Assembly (NCBI GenBank): GCA_902783155.1
Contig: CACZPR010000079.1
Coordinates: 24,339-88,338, forward strand
DNA from: an uncultured Spirochaetaceae bacterium
GTDB lineage: Bacteria; Spirochaetota; Spirochaetia; Treponematales; Treponemataceae
Direction of reading: 5' to 3'
DNA length: 64,000 nt
The translations under genes and the position numbers were made by a program. Position 1 is the first letter of the stretch. Every line of letters begins with the position of its first letter. Shown here in pieces: positions 28,131 through 37,548 of the stretch. Below the pieces are notes generated by a model. The model saw nothing but the letters and a program-made list of their open reading frames with translations. It was not told the DNA's origin and ran no database searches.

Positions 28131-29267
28131 TCAATGACCGTTTGGCGAACCGGGTAGATTTTCCTGATTTTTGCCGCGCCCCAGATTTGAGAATCCGCTT
28201 TTAATTAGGAGCTGCACCGTGTTCTGGAGTGCGTGTCTTGCCTTGCTGTCCATCTTTGTGTATGCGGAAATGAGTTTTCCCGCCGATTCAAATGGGTTTG
28301 CCTTGATTTGGTCGTTTTCGCTGATTTTGGCGTTCCTGAATATGTCGAAAACCGCGTCAACAAACTGGCTCCTCTGTTCTCGGGAAAGTCCGTCAATCCA
28401 GCCGTTCACCGTGGAGCTTATGTACTTTGACTCCCGCGCCGTGGATTCGGTCTCCGGAAATTTTACCGCCCCTGTCTGCCAGCTGATTGGGTCGTGCTGC
28501 ATGATGCCCTTTGAGCCGCTTGTTACTACGGTGACATTCTTTGTGTGGTGGAAAAGCATCCCGACTATGGACAGCCTTGGAACAAAGGTTTTGATTCTGC
28601 CCCCGACCCTGAGGTAGCCTTCCGACTTGAAAAAAGCCTCCTCGAATCCCGGACCGTCGAAATTGTAGACCGTGAGAATCCTCTTCTGGATTTTGGGTGG
28701 CGATTTGCTTGCCGCGTAGATTGAAAGATTTCCGCCCTTTGAGTGTCCGGCAAGAATTATTTTTCCATGAGAGCATTTCGCAGCCCGGAAAAGATATTCC
28801 AGAGCGTCCGCCTGTGCCGGTATTTCGTCCATACATGAAAGATGGCAGTCCTCCTTCCATCCGATTACGTTTCCGTCCGTACCCCTGAACACTACCGCCG
28901 TTGTTCCCCCGATGGTGTAGGTGAGTGCGGAAAACTGTTCCTCCCTGGTTTCGTCAAGTATGTCCACGAAAGCCCGCATTTTTATGGAAGAAAAGCGTTT
29001 TGTCTCCGCCGCGCAAAGAAAAAGCTCCATGGTCCGCGGGTTTATCCCCGTGCTGAACTGGCACCGCCTTTGGAAATCGGGAAGCAGCTGTAGATTTTTT
29101 GCCACATCCGAAAGAAATGCCGCCTTTCCCGAAAAATCACCCGGGACCGTTGAACTGAAGTCTATGTAGGAAATCTGGCTCAAAAGAAGTGCGTCCACCT
29201 CGTTGAATGGCGAGGTTGAAAAATCTATGTCCCCGCGCCATGCCAGATAGTCGAATAGGTTGGTCAA
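28131..29267 (-). CDS. DUF2974/Mbeg1-like alpha/beta hydrolase
   Basis: Nucleophile elbow LAGHSKGGNLSIYA. The family-typical N-terminus (M)TNLFDYLAWRGDI is obtained from TTG 29267, which has GGAGG 6 nt upstream. The ORF-track start at 29396 adds 43 implausible residues. Confidence 0.65.
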   Translation of the reverse strand: MTNLFDYLAWRGDIDFSTSPFNEVDALLLSQISYIDFSSTVPGDFSGKAAFLSDVAKNLQLLPDFQRRCQFSTGINPRTMELFLCAAETKRFSSIKMRAFVDILDETREEQFSALTYTIGGTTAVVFRGTDGNVIGWKEDCHLSCMDEIPAQADALEYLFRAAKCSHGKIILAGHSKGGNLSIYAASKSPPKIQKRILTVYNFDGPGFEEAFFKSEGYLRVGGRIKTFVPRLSIVGMLFHHTKNVTVVTSGSKGIMQHDPISWQTGAVKFPETESTARESKYISSTVNGWIDGLSREQRSQFVDAVFDIFRNAKISENDQIKANPFESAGKLISAYTKMDSKARHALQNTVQLLIKSGFSNLGRGKNQENLPGSPNGH

Positions 29268-29380
29268 AATCTGCCTCCGTACAGTTTCACACGGTATAGA
29301 AAAAAAACGAATACTGTGATAGTTTTCTATAAATGTAATCAAAATTTTTCGTAAAGGAAAATAATTTTTGGAGTGTAAGT

Positions 29381-30097
29381 ATGGTAAGACAGTCACTTGC
29401 GGAGGAGCTTTCTGGAAACGAGTATCCCGGACGCGGAATTGTGGTTGGGAAGTCTCCCGACGGAAAAAAGGCGGTAGCGGCGTATTTTATAATGGGACGC
29501 AGCGTGAACAGCCGCAACAGGGTTTTTGTTGAGGATGGTGAGGGAATCCGCACACAGGTTTTTGACCCTTCAAAATTGACCGACCCCAGCCTGATTATCT
29601 ATGCCCCGGTCCGTGTCCTTGGAAACGATACTATTGTCACCAACGGAGACCAGACCGACACCGTTTTTGACGGAATGAAGAACGGAAAAACTTTTGAACA
29701 GTCGCTCCGCTCCAGATGCTTCGAGCCTGACGCTCCTAATTTTACTCCCAGAATCTCAGCCGTAATGCACGTTGAGGGCGGAAAGTATGATTTTTCAATG
29801 AGCATCCTTAAAAGCGATGACGGACGCGAGGACAGCTGCAGCCGCTTCACGTTTGCCTATGAGAATGTGCTTCCCGGAACCGGTAGATTTATCCACACCT
29901 ACATGGGTGACGGAAATCCTCTTCCAAGCTACGAGGGGGAGCCTACTCCGGTTGACATTTCAAGCAACGACATCGATACGTTCACTGATTTGGTCTGGAA
30001 AAATCTGAACGAAAGCAACAAGGTTTCTCTTTTTGTCCGCTACATCGACATTGCGAACGGAAAATACGAGACAAGGATTGTGAACAAAAACAAATGA
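29381..30097 (+). CDS. IMP cyclohydrolase (PurO-type, bacterial family)
   Basis: YPGRGIVVGKSPDGKKAVAAYFIMGRSVNSRNRVF...DPSLIIYAPV matches the family as I remember it. Confidence 0.75.
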   Translation: MVRQSLAEELSGNEYPGRGIVVGKSPDGKKAVAAYFIMGRSVNSRNRVFVEDGEGIRTQVFDPSKLTDPSLIIYAPVRVLGNDTIVTNGDQTDTVFDGMKNGKTFEQSLRSRCFEPDAPNFTPRISAVMHVEGGKYDFSMSILKSDDGREDSCSRFTFAYENVLPGTGRFIHTYMGDGNPLPSYEGEPTPVDISSNDIDTFTDLVWKNLNESNKVSLFVRYIDIANGKYETRIVNKNK

Positions 30098-30192
30098 GCT
30101 GATCCGTGCGTAGGATTGCATATCCCGTCTTTCAGGGCGAAACGAGGGGGTGTGTAATCCGGCTGAATGCTTTTCAAAGATGGAATGCTGCC

Positions 30193-31068
30193 TCACGCAT
30201 TTACGGAAATCTTTTCACTAAGCTCCAGGACTTTTTCCAGCGGAAGGCCGGTGCAGCGCGCAACCTTTTCCGGACTGTCTCCTTCCCTCAAAAAGTTCTC
30301 GGCGGCTTCAACTGCCTTGTCAAAAACTCCGTCCTCATAGCATACCCGCTTGAATTCTTCCATGTCAAATTCTGTAAGGCTCATCCCTATTACCTCCGCC
30401 CTTTGTTTTTTGAAAAATCCGTCCAAAAGTTTTTCCCGAATCGCCCAGTCCACGGCTTCTTCGACAGACTCTTTTTTACCGATGCCTGATTTCCGGTTTT
30501 CCTTCACACGGTAAACATAACTTATATAATCATACAACGGCCGGCAATTTTTTTGAAGTGGAAAACTGCATTTCGGGTTTATGTTGATTATTTCCGCAGT
30601 CCATTCGAAATCTCCCGACCTGTCTTCCCTGATGAAAGCGTCCGAGAGTTTCATTGACCAGCTGCCTGGTTCTCTTTCGCTTCCGTTGTAGAATACTATG
30701 AACTTTGGGGTGGGAATTTTTACAATCTTTGAACTTAAAATACTTTTCCTGTTTTCCGTCAGGTAAATCTGGTAGAGCTGGGAAAAATACATTAGTCCCC
30801 GCAAAGGCATGTTCGGATTGTATGAACTCTGCTGCTCCCACAAAACCATCTGCTCGTCTATCAGAAAAGAAATGTCGTTCTTCATTGTAATGTAAATCAC
30901 GTTTTCGATAGTGTTCAAATGAAGCGCGTCGGGGTCGGTGTAGCTTGTGCCGTTCAAAGCGTTGTACAGGCTGAGCCGCCATTTTTTGCTTTCCTCCGTG
31001 TCCCGTCCGAAAATCGCCTTGAACAATCTGTCCTTGTATTGACGTTGCTGTAATGGTGGTGTGTCCAA
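30193..31068 (-). CDS. Rpn/YhgA-like PD-(D/E)xK recombination-promoting nuclease (putative transposase family)
   Basis: YKDRLFKAIFG, LSLYNALNGT, MKNDISFLIDEQMVLWEQQSSYNPNMPLR and PKFIVFYNG blocks are typical of this family. Confidence 0.6.
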   Translation of the reverse strand: MDTPPLQQRQYKDRLFKAIFGRDTEESKKWRLSLYNALNGTSYTDPDALHLNTIENVIYITMKNDISFLIDEQMVLWEQQSSYNPNMPLRGLMYFSQLYQIYLTENRKSILSSKIVKIPTPKFIVFYNGSEREPGSWSMKLSDAFIREDRSGDFEWTAEIININPKCSFPLQKNCRPLYDYISYVYRVKENRKSGIGKKESVEEAVDWAIREKLLDGFFKKQRAEVIGMSLTEFDMEEFKRVCYEDGVFDKAVEAAENFLREGDSPEKVARCTGLPLEKVLELSEKISVNA

Positions 31069-31151
31069 TTTTATCTCCTCACTATATAATATTCCTTGAA
31101 AATCAGAATCTGCATCAAAAATGCAAAAAAATGTGAGGATGGATGCCGCCG

Positions 31152-31487
31152 TCAGTCCATCTGTGGCTGTCCGGTGCTTTCCTTTATCATGTCCAGCACC
31201 TTCCTGAAAGCGGAACCCTCTTTTTTCATTTCTTTTGAGCCGCGTGTTATGTTGCAGAGGGACATTCCGTATTTCCGGGAGATTTCGCGCTGGGTCGTTC
31301 CTGCGTCAAGCTCTTTGACAAGGTGCCATCGATTGGAGAAGTCCTTCAGCTCTGCGGATGTGAAAAGGCATTTGAAAAATTCTTCTATAAAATCAGCGTC
31401 GTCCATCTTTGCCAGTATGCCGCATATTTCCTTGATTGCGTCCTTGTCCTGCTCGTCCTCTAGGGAGTAAGTGTTTTTGGTCCTCAT
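31152..31487 (-). CDS. TrpR-related YerC/YecD family protein
   Basis: FFKCLFTSAELKDFSNRWHLVKELDAGTTQREISRKYGMSLCNITRGSK. Confidence 0.75.
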   Translation of the reverse strand: MRTKNTYSLEDEQDKDAIKEICGILAKMDDADFIEEFFKCLFTSAELKDFSNRWHLVKELDAGTTQREISRKYGMSLCNITRGSKEMKKEGSAFRKVLDMIKESTGQPQMD

Positions 31488-31612
31488 GTTTCCGTCCGTT
31501 TTTTAATGATTCTATATATAAATACAAAATAGCAGACAAAATTAAGGTTGTCAAATGGAGATTGGAAAATCCAAAGATATTGTAAATCAGCATTTTTTTG
31601 ATTATACTCCAT

Positions 31613-31760
31613 GCCGTGTATTTCAATGGAACCAGGTCAAATGCCTGGACTGAATGCGCAACGGTAGTCCCTTAAAGGTCATGCAGTCCGAAAGGAAGCC
31701 ACTGGAGAAATCCGGGAAGGTGCATGGTTTTGGGAAAGTCCGGAAACTTTGGTACACGGC
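31613..31760 (+). promoter_or_regulatory. Cobalamin riboswitch aptamer
   Basis: An 8-bp P1 forms between GCCGTGTA (31613-31620) and TACACGGC (31753-31760). The core AATGGAACCAGGTCAAATGCCTGGACTGAATGCGCAACGGTAG is colinear with the E. coli btuB leader core. GCCACTGGAGAAATCCGGGAAGG follows, then the B12-box-like AGTCCGGAAAC. A TTGTAA-17-TATACT promoter lies at 31580-31608. Confidence 0.75.
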
Positions 31761-31821
31761 GGTCTCCTGGAAGCCCGTCATCTTTTTGGGGAATCACGCA
31801 GATTTGATTCCCGGAGGTAAT

Positions 31822-32304
31822 ATGAAAAGCTTACGCTTTAACCGCATGTCCAAGATTATGGGCATTATGTTTGTGTGTGCCGCGCTCGTCTCGGCATTTG
31901 TTTCCTGCAAAAATCCTGTCAATGGTGTTTCAGAGAGTACCCTGAATGGAACTTGGGTTTCTTCGTATGGCGAAAACTTCATAATCAACACATCGGCAAA
32001 AACTTTAGAAAACAAATATAACGGTACTACATGCTATGCAGGAAACGAACTTTCCGTAGTTTTTACAAATGAGAATTCAGGATATATTTACATCAAGTAT
32101 ACCCAGAATGCATACATGAATGATGTGGTCGGCAAATATTATGCAGTTGCGTTTAAAGACTTAGACTTGACAAATAATTCAGTCTCATTAGCTGGAGCAG
32201 GTAAACCCGGTGGACAGTCTGCCTGTGAAACTCTGGATGCGGCGAAACAGGAATTCACCATTGCAAACGGATACTTCGGAGCTTATTCCGACTGTAGTAA
32301 ATAA
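31822..32304 (+). CDS. Small lipoprotein downstream of the cobalamin riboswitch
   Basis: GGAGGT lies before ATG 31822. MKSLRFNRMSKIMGIMFVCAALVSAFVSCKN carries a lipobox. It is 160 aa and beta-rich. Confidence 0.65.
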   Translation: MKSLRFNRMSKIMGIMFVCAALVSAFVSCKNPVNGVSESTLNGTWVSSYGENFIINTSAKTLENKYNGTTCYAGNELSVVFTNENSGYIYIKYTQNAYMNDVVGKYYAVAFKDLDLTNNSVSLAGAGKPGGQSACETLDAAKQEFTIANGYFGAYSDCSK

Positions 32305-32362
32305 TTCCGCGGAATAGTTTTTAGGACCGCTCATTTTCGGGCGGTCTTTTTTTGGGGACACC

Positions 32363-34252
32363 ATGCAAAGAAAAATTAAAACCTTCTCTCTCGTTCTTTT
32401 CCTTTTTGCTTCCATGTTTTATTCCCACGCACAGGACGGAGCCGTTATTACCGATGAAGCAGTAATCGAGCAGTGGACGGAACGTGCCGGGAAAACCGTT
32501 GTGGAGCAACGTCTTGAAATCGGTGAAGAGGAAATTGAAAATGCCCATGCCGAAAACCTTACGAATTTTTTGCAGCGTAAGGGCGTGCAGATTTTAAGCT
32601 ACGGTTCCTACGGTCTTGAGTCAAAGCCGTCCGTCCGTGGATTTACCGATGAGACAGTCCGCGTCGTGATTGACGGAATCTGCGTGAACAATCCCCAGTA
32701 CGGTACTTTTGATTTTTCTTCTATAAATATGAACCAGATTGAAAAAATCGAAATAGTAAAGGGCGGGTTTACGGAAGGTGTGAGCGACGAAGGTTCTGTG
32801 GGAGGCACTGTCTACATCACCATGAAAAAATCAGGCGACAAAAAAGAGCTTTCTTCGGACACGAGCGTAAAAACTTATTTCAATAAAAATTTTCCGATTG
32901 ACACTTTCCGTCAGACCTTAAATTTTTCTTCCCCAATAATTGATTCAAAAACTTTTTTTTCTGCCGCTGCCGGTTTGGGACTTGCAAAAAATCTCTATCT
33001 CTACAAAGATTATAAAGACGAAATCGCGCAAAGAGAAAATTCTTCCGTGTGGGATTCATCGGCATCAATTTCTGTTTCGCATTTTTTTGAAAACGGAATA
33101 AAGCTTTCTGCAAGCGACAGCCTCTACGCCGGTAACAAAAACTGCCCGGGGACGGAAACTTCTTTGGACAGCTCGCTCCAAAAAGATTACGACAACCGAC
33201 TTATTTTGAATGTGTCGAATCCAAACGTGAACGACATTTTTTCATGGGAAAACAATCTTGCGTACATTACGAACATCCGTTTTCTTGATTCAAACACGGA
33301 ACATTCGGCGCACTACATAAACAGCCTGGCCTATGCCGCATATTTTTCTTATTTCGGAAATTCGTTTTTCAATCAGGATGCCGGGTTCAGCTTTGACGGA
33401 GTTTTTCTTGATTCAACGGACGACGGAAAGCACAATCAGTTTACGTTTACGCTAAAATCAAATTCAAAACTTTTTTTTGATTCCGACTGGTCGCTCACGG
33501 TTCCGCTGGCATTTAAATTTCAGGGGAAAAATTTTGCGTTCGTTCCAAAAATCGGCGTGAACAAAAAATTCAGCTTCGGCGAATTCAACATAAATGCCTA
33601 CAGGATGATTCAGTTCCCGAACATGGACGACCTTTATTGGTCAAGCTCCTATGCAAACGGAAATCCAGATTTGCTTCCCGAAGACGGATGGGGCGGTGAA
33701 ATAGGATTCAATTCGTTTTTGGATTTTCTCCCTTTTTCCGTTTCGGTCTTTACGAATTATTATAGAAACAAAATCCAGTGGTCTTCCATAAGCGGCTCAT
33801 GGCGGCCTGAAAATGTTGCGTCGGCTTTTTATGTCGGTTTTGATTTTGATTTTGAAAAATCTTTTTTCAACGACATACTCACAATCAAGTTCAACTGCGA
33901 GTTTCTGCACACAATGCTTTTGGACAAAAACAACAGTTTGACTTACGGAAAAAGAATCATGTGGACACCGGACTTTGTAGCCTCCCTGATTTTTGACCTG
34001 AACTTTGATTTGTGGAACATGAGCGTCGATGCAAACTATACCGGCCTGCGCTATATTTCAAATCTGAACGCGGCATACATGAAGCCTTATGTCCTTCTGA
34101 ATGCCTCCGCGTCTTTCAAGGGATTCAAAGTTGCAACGCCGTATCTGAAGCTTGAAAACATTTTGTTCCAGGATTATGAGGCCGTGGAATCCTATCCTAT
34201 GCCGCTTATGTCCATGACGCTCGGTTGTTCATTAAAATTTGAGTGGGATTGA
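32363..34252 (+). CDS. TonB-dependent outer-membrane receptor (BtuB-like by context)
   Basis: Signal peptide, then plug domain LTNFLQRKGVQILSYGSYGLESKPSVRGF...VVIDGICVNNPQYGTFDFSSI...IEKIEIVKGG, then a long beta-barrel-like remainder. Confidence 0.8.
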   Translation: MQRKIKTFSLVLFLFASMFYSHAQDGAVITDEAVIEQWTERAGKTVVEQRLEIGEEEIENAHAENLTNFLQRKGVQILSYGSYGLESKPSVRGFTDETVRVVIDGICVNNPQYGTFDFSSINMNQIEKIEIVKGGFTEGVSDEGSVGGTVYITMKKSGDKKELSSDTSVKTYFNKNFPIDTFRQTLNFSSPIIDSKTFFSAAAGLGLAKNLYLYKDYKDEIAQRENSSVWDSSASISVSHFFENGIKLSASDSLYAGNKNCPGTETSLDSSLQKDYDNRLILNVSNPNVNDIFSWENNLAYITNIRFLDSNTEHSAHYINSLAYAAYFSYFGNSFFNQDAGFSFDGVFLDSTDDGKHNQFTFTLKSNSKLFFDSDWSLTVPLAFKFQGKNFAFVPKIGVNKKFSFGEFNINAYRMIQFPNMDDLYWSSSYANGNPDLLPEDGWGGEIGFNSFLDFLPFSVSVFTNYYRNKIQWSSISGSWRPENVASAFYVGFDFDFEKSFFNDILTIKFNCEFLHTMLLDKNNSLTYGKRIMWTPDFVASLIFDLNFDLWNMSVDANYTGLRYISNLNAAYMKPYVLLNASASFKGFKVATPYLKLENILFQDYEAVESYPMPLMSMTLGCSLKFEWD

Positions 34253-34532
34253 ATTCCTCCCTTTTTTGATGTGTCCGGGGTTTTAGGGGCCTGCCCCTAG
34301 GAGAAGGGGTAGCGGAAAACCGTAGGTTTGGAGCGAGGGGAAGGCTTTCCCCTCCCAAAATATGGGTTGGTGTTAGAAATTGCCTCGGATTTTGTTCTAA
34401 AGTATTGACCAAGCGGTGTGGAATCTGGTAATATACTATACGCTTTCCGTTCGTATGTTCGGGGCGTTGGCTTGTAAGGAACCCGTTACTCCTTATGGCA
34501 ATGTATTTTTTAACAAATTTAAGAGGTTTAAG

Positions 34533-34856
34533 ATGTACGCAATTGTTGAGTATAAGGGCAATCAGTACAAGGCAGAAAAAGATGCCGTTCTCACTGTTGA
34601 CAGAATTGACGAAGCCAAAGAAGCAAAGCCAGGCGACACCATCACACTTGACAAGGTTCTTCTGGTCAGCGACGGTGACAAGGTGACAGTTGGAACTCCT
34701 TATGTCCAGGGCGCAAAGGTGACAGTCGAGGTCGGAAACACATTCAAGGATTCAAAGGTCCTTGTTCTGAAGTACAAGAGCAAGAAGGACTACCACCGTC
34801 TGATTGGACACCGCGAGCAGTACACTGACGTTGTTGTGAAGGATATCGCAATCTAA
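34533..34856 (+). CDS. rplU: 50S ribosomal protein L21
   Basis: MYAIVEYKGNQYKAEKD... Start is ATG 34533. A TTGACC-18-TAATAT promoter lies at 34405-34434. Confidence 0.95.
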   Translation: MYAIVEYKGNQYKAEKDAVLTVDRIDEAKEAKPGDTITLDKVLLVSDGDKVTVGTPYVQGAKVTVEVGNTFKDSKVLVLKYKSKKDYHRLIGHREQYTDVVVKDIAI

Positions 34857-34874
34857 GTCGGTGACTGTCGGTCG

Positions 34875-35228
34875 ATGACATCGGTTCTTTTAATCCGTGG
34901 CGTGGACGGTTGTTTCAAGAGCTGTACCGCCGAGGGTCATGCGGGTTTTGCCCCCAGAGGAAAGGACATTGTTTGTGCCGCCGAGACGCTTCTACTCAGG
35001 ACGGCAGTTCAGGTTCTGGAATCAATAGAGGGAATCGATTTGTCGGTAGATTCGTCCAGACGGGGCTTCCTTTCATTTTCGGTCAACAATCTGGATTCGG
35101 ATGTCGTGGCCGGAAACGGGGCTTCGGTGGAAAGACTCAGGTGCGCCGCCGATTTCATAGGGACCGGGATTCAAAGCCTGTCCGAAGAATATCCGGATTT
35201 GGTGCGGCTGACTGAAAGGTTGGGGTAG
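34875..35228 (+). CDS. Prp-family (DUF464/YsxB) cysteine protease homolog
   Basis: Lies between rplU and rpmA. The His/Cys dyad context AEGHAGFAPRGKDIVCAAETLL is retained. Confidence 0.75.
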   Translation: MTSVLLIRGVDGCFKSCTAEGHAGFAPRGKDIVCAAETLLLRTAVQVLESIEGIDLSVDSSRRGFLSFSVNNLDSDVVAGNGASVERLRCAADFIGTGIQSLSEEYPDLVRLTERLG

Positions 35229-35284
35229 CAATCTAACCATTATTTTTTATAAAATTAGACTGGATTTTCCAGCGGAGGATTAAA

Positions 35285-35557
35285 ATGGGACGTAGTAAAG
35301 GCGGTAGCGGCGCAAAAAATGGACGCGATTCAAACCCGAAAAGCTTGGGAGTTAAAAGATATGGTGGAGAATTGGTAAAGGCCGGAACCATCATTGTCAG
35401 ACAGCGCGGAACACGTATCCATCCGGGAGACAACGTGAAGAAGGGTGGAGACGATACTCTGTATGCAGTCGAGGAAGGAAAGGTTGTCTTCGGTGAACGC
35501 AAGAACCGCAAGATTGTTTCCATCGAGCCTGTTGCAGCGGAAGCCGCCCAGAACTAA
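35285..35557 (+). CDS. rpmA: 50S ribosomal protein L27
   Basis: [34 protein letters not shown] lies 5 nt before the ATG. There is no N-terminal propeptide. Confidence 0.95.
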   Translation: MGRSKGGSGAKNGRDSNPKSLGVKRYGGELVKAGTIIVRQRGTRIHPGDNVKKGGDDTLYAVEEGKVVFGERKNRKIVSIEPVAAEAAQN

Positions 35558-35651
35558 GTTTTCATAATGTCCGCTCCGGGACTGATTTTCGGGGCGGCCA
35601 AGACTTTTGTTCTGCATGGCGTGATTTTTCTACGCAGTTTTTGACTAGATG

Positions 35652-35684
35652 CCCGGCGTGTTTTTCATGCTGGGTATTTTTTTT
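35652..35684 (+). terminator. Candidate terminator or attenuator between rpmA and obg
   Basis: CCCGGC...GCTGGG stem with a G-U pair, then TATTTTTTTT. Confidence 0.4.
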
Positions 35685-35695
35685 AGGAAAAATTT

Positions 35696-36832
35696 ATGAT
35701 TCAGTTTGCAGACGAGGCTACCATAACGGTTGTCTCCGGTAAGGGCGGAAACGGTTGCATTTCATTCCGCCGTGAAAAATATATTCCCGACGGTGGACCA
35801 AATGGCGGCGACGGTGGTCGTGGCGGCGATGTTGTCTTCTGTGTCAGGAGAAATCTACGTGCTCTGGCGCACCTGCGTTTTCATCCAATCTTCAAGGCGA
35901 AGAACGGTGGCGACGGGCAGGGATGGAACCGGCATGGAAAGGATGGCGAGGATGTCGTTATTCCAGTTCCACCGGGAACCACAATCCGTGATGCCGAGAC
36001 AGGGGAGCTGATCCATGATTTCACCACGGAGAGCGAGGACGAGCGTCTTGTTTTTCTCCAGGGCGGAAAAGGTGGATGGGGAAATGTCCACTTCAAGTCA
36101 AGCACCAACCAGGCCCCACGTTATGCGCATCCAGGAAAGCCGGGTGAGCAGAGGGTACTGAGGGTCGAGATTTCCATAATGGCGGATGTCGGTCTTGTCG
36201 GTTTTCCGAACGCGGGAAAGTCCAGCCTTCTGGATTTGTTCACCAACGCGCGTCCAAAGATTGCCCCGTATCCATTCACGACAAAGATTCCGAATCTTGG
36301 TGTGCTGAATGTTGACAAGGACACAGACATAATCATAGCGGACATTCCCGGAATCATAGAGGGAGCGTCCGATGGCGCGGGACTGGGAATCAGGTTCCTT
36401 AAGCACATTTCCCGCACGGCATGTCTTGTGTTTATGATTGACTGCTCGGACGACAACTATCTTGACGCATACGGAATGCTTCTGAAGGAGCTGGACCAGT
36501 TTGGCGGAAACCTTCTGGAAAAGCCGCGCATTGTTCTGAGCAACAAGGTTGACGTTGACGGTGCGATGGACCGTGCTCTGGAGGTCGCAAAAAAAATCAG
36601 GTCGGAGGACCCTTCCATAACTGTCATACCGGTCTCGATGCTTGCAAGGACGAACATCAGGAGCGTGAAGGAGGCCATAGTTTCCCTTGTCAAAAAGATG
36701 GAGGAGGCGAAAAATCCTGACGGCGGTTCCGAAAGTGGGAGCGGTGGTTCCAGAAAAAAGACAAGCAGCTTTCTGTCGCAGCGTTCGGTTGACGAGTCCA
36801 TGGAAGAGCAGTATCCGGGCATGGAAGGCTGA
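35696..36832 (+). CDS. obg: GTPase Obg/CgtA
   Basis: Glycine-rich Obg fold GKGGNGCISFRREKYIPDGGPNGGDGGRGG, G1 GFPNAGKSS, G3 DIPG, G4 NKVD. Confidence 0.95.
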   Translation: MIQFADEATITVVSGKGGNGCISFRREKYIPDGGPNGGDGGRGGDVVFCVRRNLRALAHLRFHPIFKAKNGGDGQGWNRHGKDGEDVVIPVPPGTTIRDAETGELIHDFTTESEDERLVFLQGGKGGWGNVHFKSSTNQAPRYAHPGKPGEQRVLRVEISIMADVGLVGFPNAGKSSLLDLFTNARPKIAPYPFTTKIPNLGVLNVDKDTDIIIADIPGIIEGASDGAGLGIRFLKHISRTACLVFMIDCSDDNYLDAYGMLLKELDQFGGNLLEKPRIVLSNKVDVDGAMDRALEVAKKIRSEDPSITVIPVSMLARTNIRSVKEAIVSLVKKMEEAKNPDGGSESGSGGSRKKTSSFLSQRSVDESMEEQYPGMEG

Positions 36833-36846
36833 GGCGGGGCTGCCGG

Positions 36847-37548
36847 ATGAAAATTGCGGTTCTTGGTGGCAGCTTCAATCCAATCCACATAGGGCATCTG
36901 GCTCTGGCGGACGAGGTGTGCTGTGCGCTTGGCTATGACAGGATTGTTTTTGTTCCGACGTTCATTCCGCCCCACAAAACTTTTTCATGCGATGCGGGTG
37001 CGGCTGCGCGGCTGGAGATGGCGAATCTTGCGTGCGAGGATGACGGGCGCTTTGTCGTGGATTCATGCGAGATTGACCGTGGAGGAACTTCGTACACATT
37101 CGACACAATATCTTTCCTGGAGGAAAAATATTCGGACTGTCTTGAAGGAAAAATCGGTCTCATAATCGGGGACGACCTGATTCCGGGCTTCCATCTTTGG
37201 CACAGGGCGGTGGAGCTTTCAAAAAGATGCCAGCTGATTCTTGCCAAAAGGCCCCAGGGTGGTTCCGGGAAAACGGATTCCAGCCATGCGAACGTGGACA
37301 AGGGGGGCTACGCTTCGGTGGTCCATTCCACTGTTGACGGCGAGGGAAGGACGGTCTTTGATGTAAAGTCGGATTCCCTTTTCGATGGCGCGCTTTCAAT
37401 AATGAATCCGGAGCTTGTGGTCAGCTCGACTGACATAAGGGATAGGGTCTCGTCCGGAAGGTCCTTCAAGTATCTTGTGCCAGAAAAAGTTTTCAAGTAT
37501 ATTATTGGTAGAAATATTTATGGAAACGATAAGCAAAGAGACTTTTGA
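36847..37548 (+). CDS. nadD: Nicotinate-nucleotide adenylyltransferase
   Basis: GGSFNPIHIGH and C-terminal ISSTDIR motifs. Confidence 0.9.
   Translation: MKIAVLGGSFNPIHIGHLALADEVCCALGYDRIVFVPTFIPPHKTFSCDAGAAARLEMANLACEDDGRFVVDSCEIDRGGTSYTFDTISFLEEKYSDCLEGKIGLIIGDDLIPGFHLWHRAVELSKRCQLILAKRPQGGSGKTDSSHANVDKGGYASVVHSTVDGEGRTVFDVKSDSLFDGALSIMNPELVVSSTDIRDRVSSGRSFKYLVPEKVFKYIIGRNIYGNDKQRDF

Noticed and set aside
31759-31775. Reverse complement of GGCGGTCTCCTGGAAGC reads like a B12 box (CCAGGAGACC-GCC), suggesting a minus-strand riboswitch for the yerC-like gene
   Set aside because: On the minus strand this box would sit at the 5' end, in the wrong order relative to the other conserved cobalamin elements. 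On the plus strand all elements are colinear and enclosed by an 8-bp P1. The segment is more plausibly the plus-strand expression platform pairing with the GCCACTGGAGA core or the RBS.
34253-34532. GC-rich hairpins after the TonB receptor (AGGGGC-CT-GCCCCT and GAGGGGAA-GGC-TTCCCCTC) and a ~95-nt rplU leader as possible sRNA or L21 leader
   Set aside because: The hairpins lack a U-tract and any recognisable family signature, so they are probably weak terminators or remnants. I cannot match the rplU 5' UTR to the Firmicute L21 leader structure by eye. A covariance-model search would be needed.
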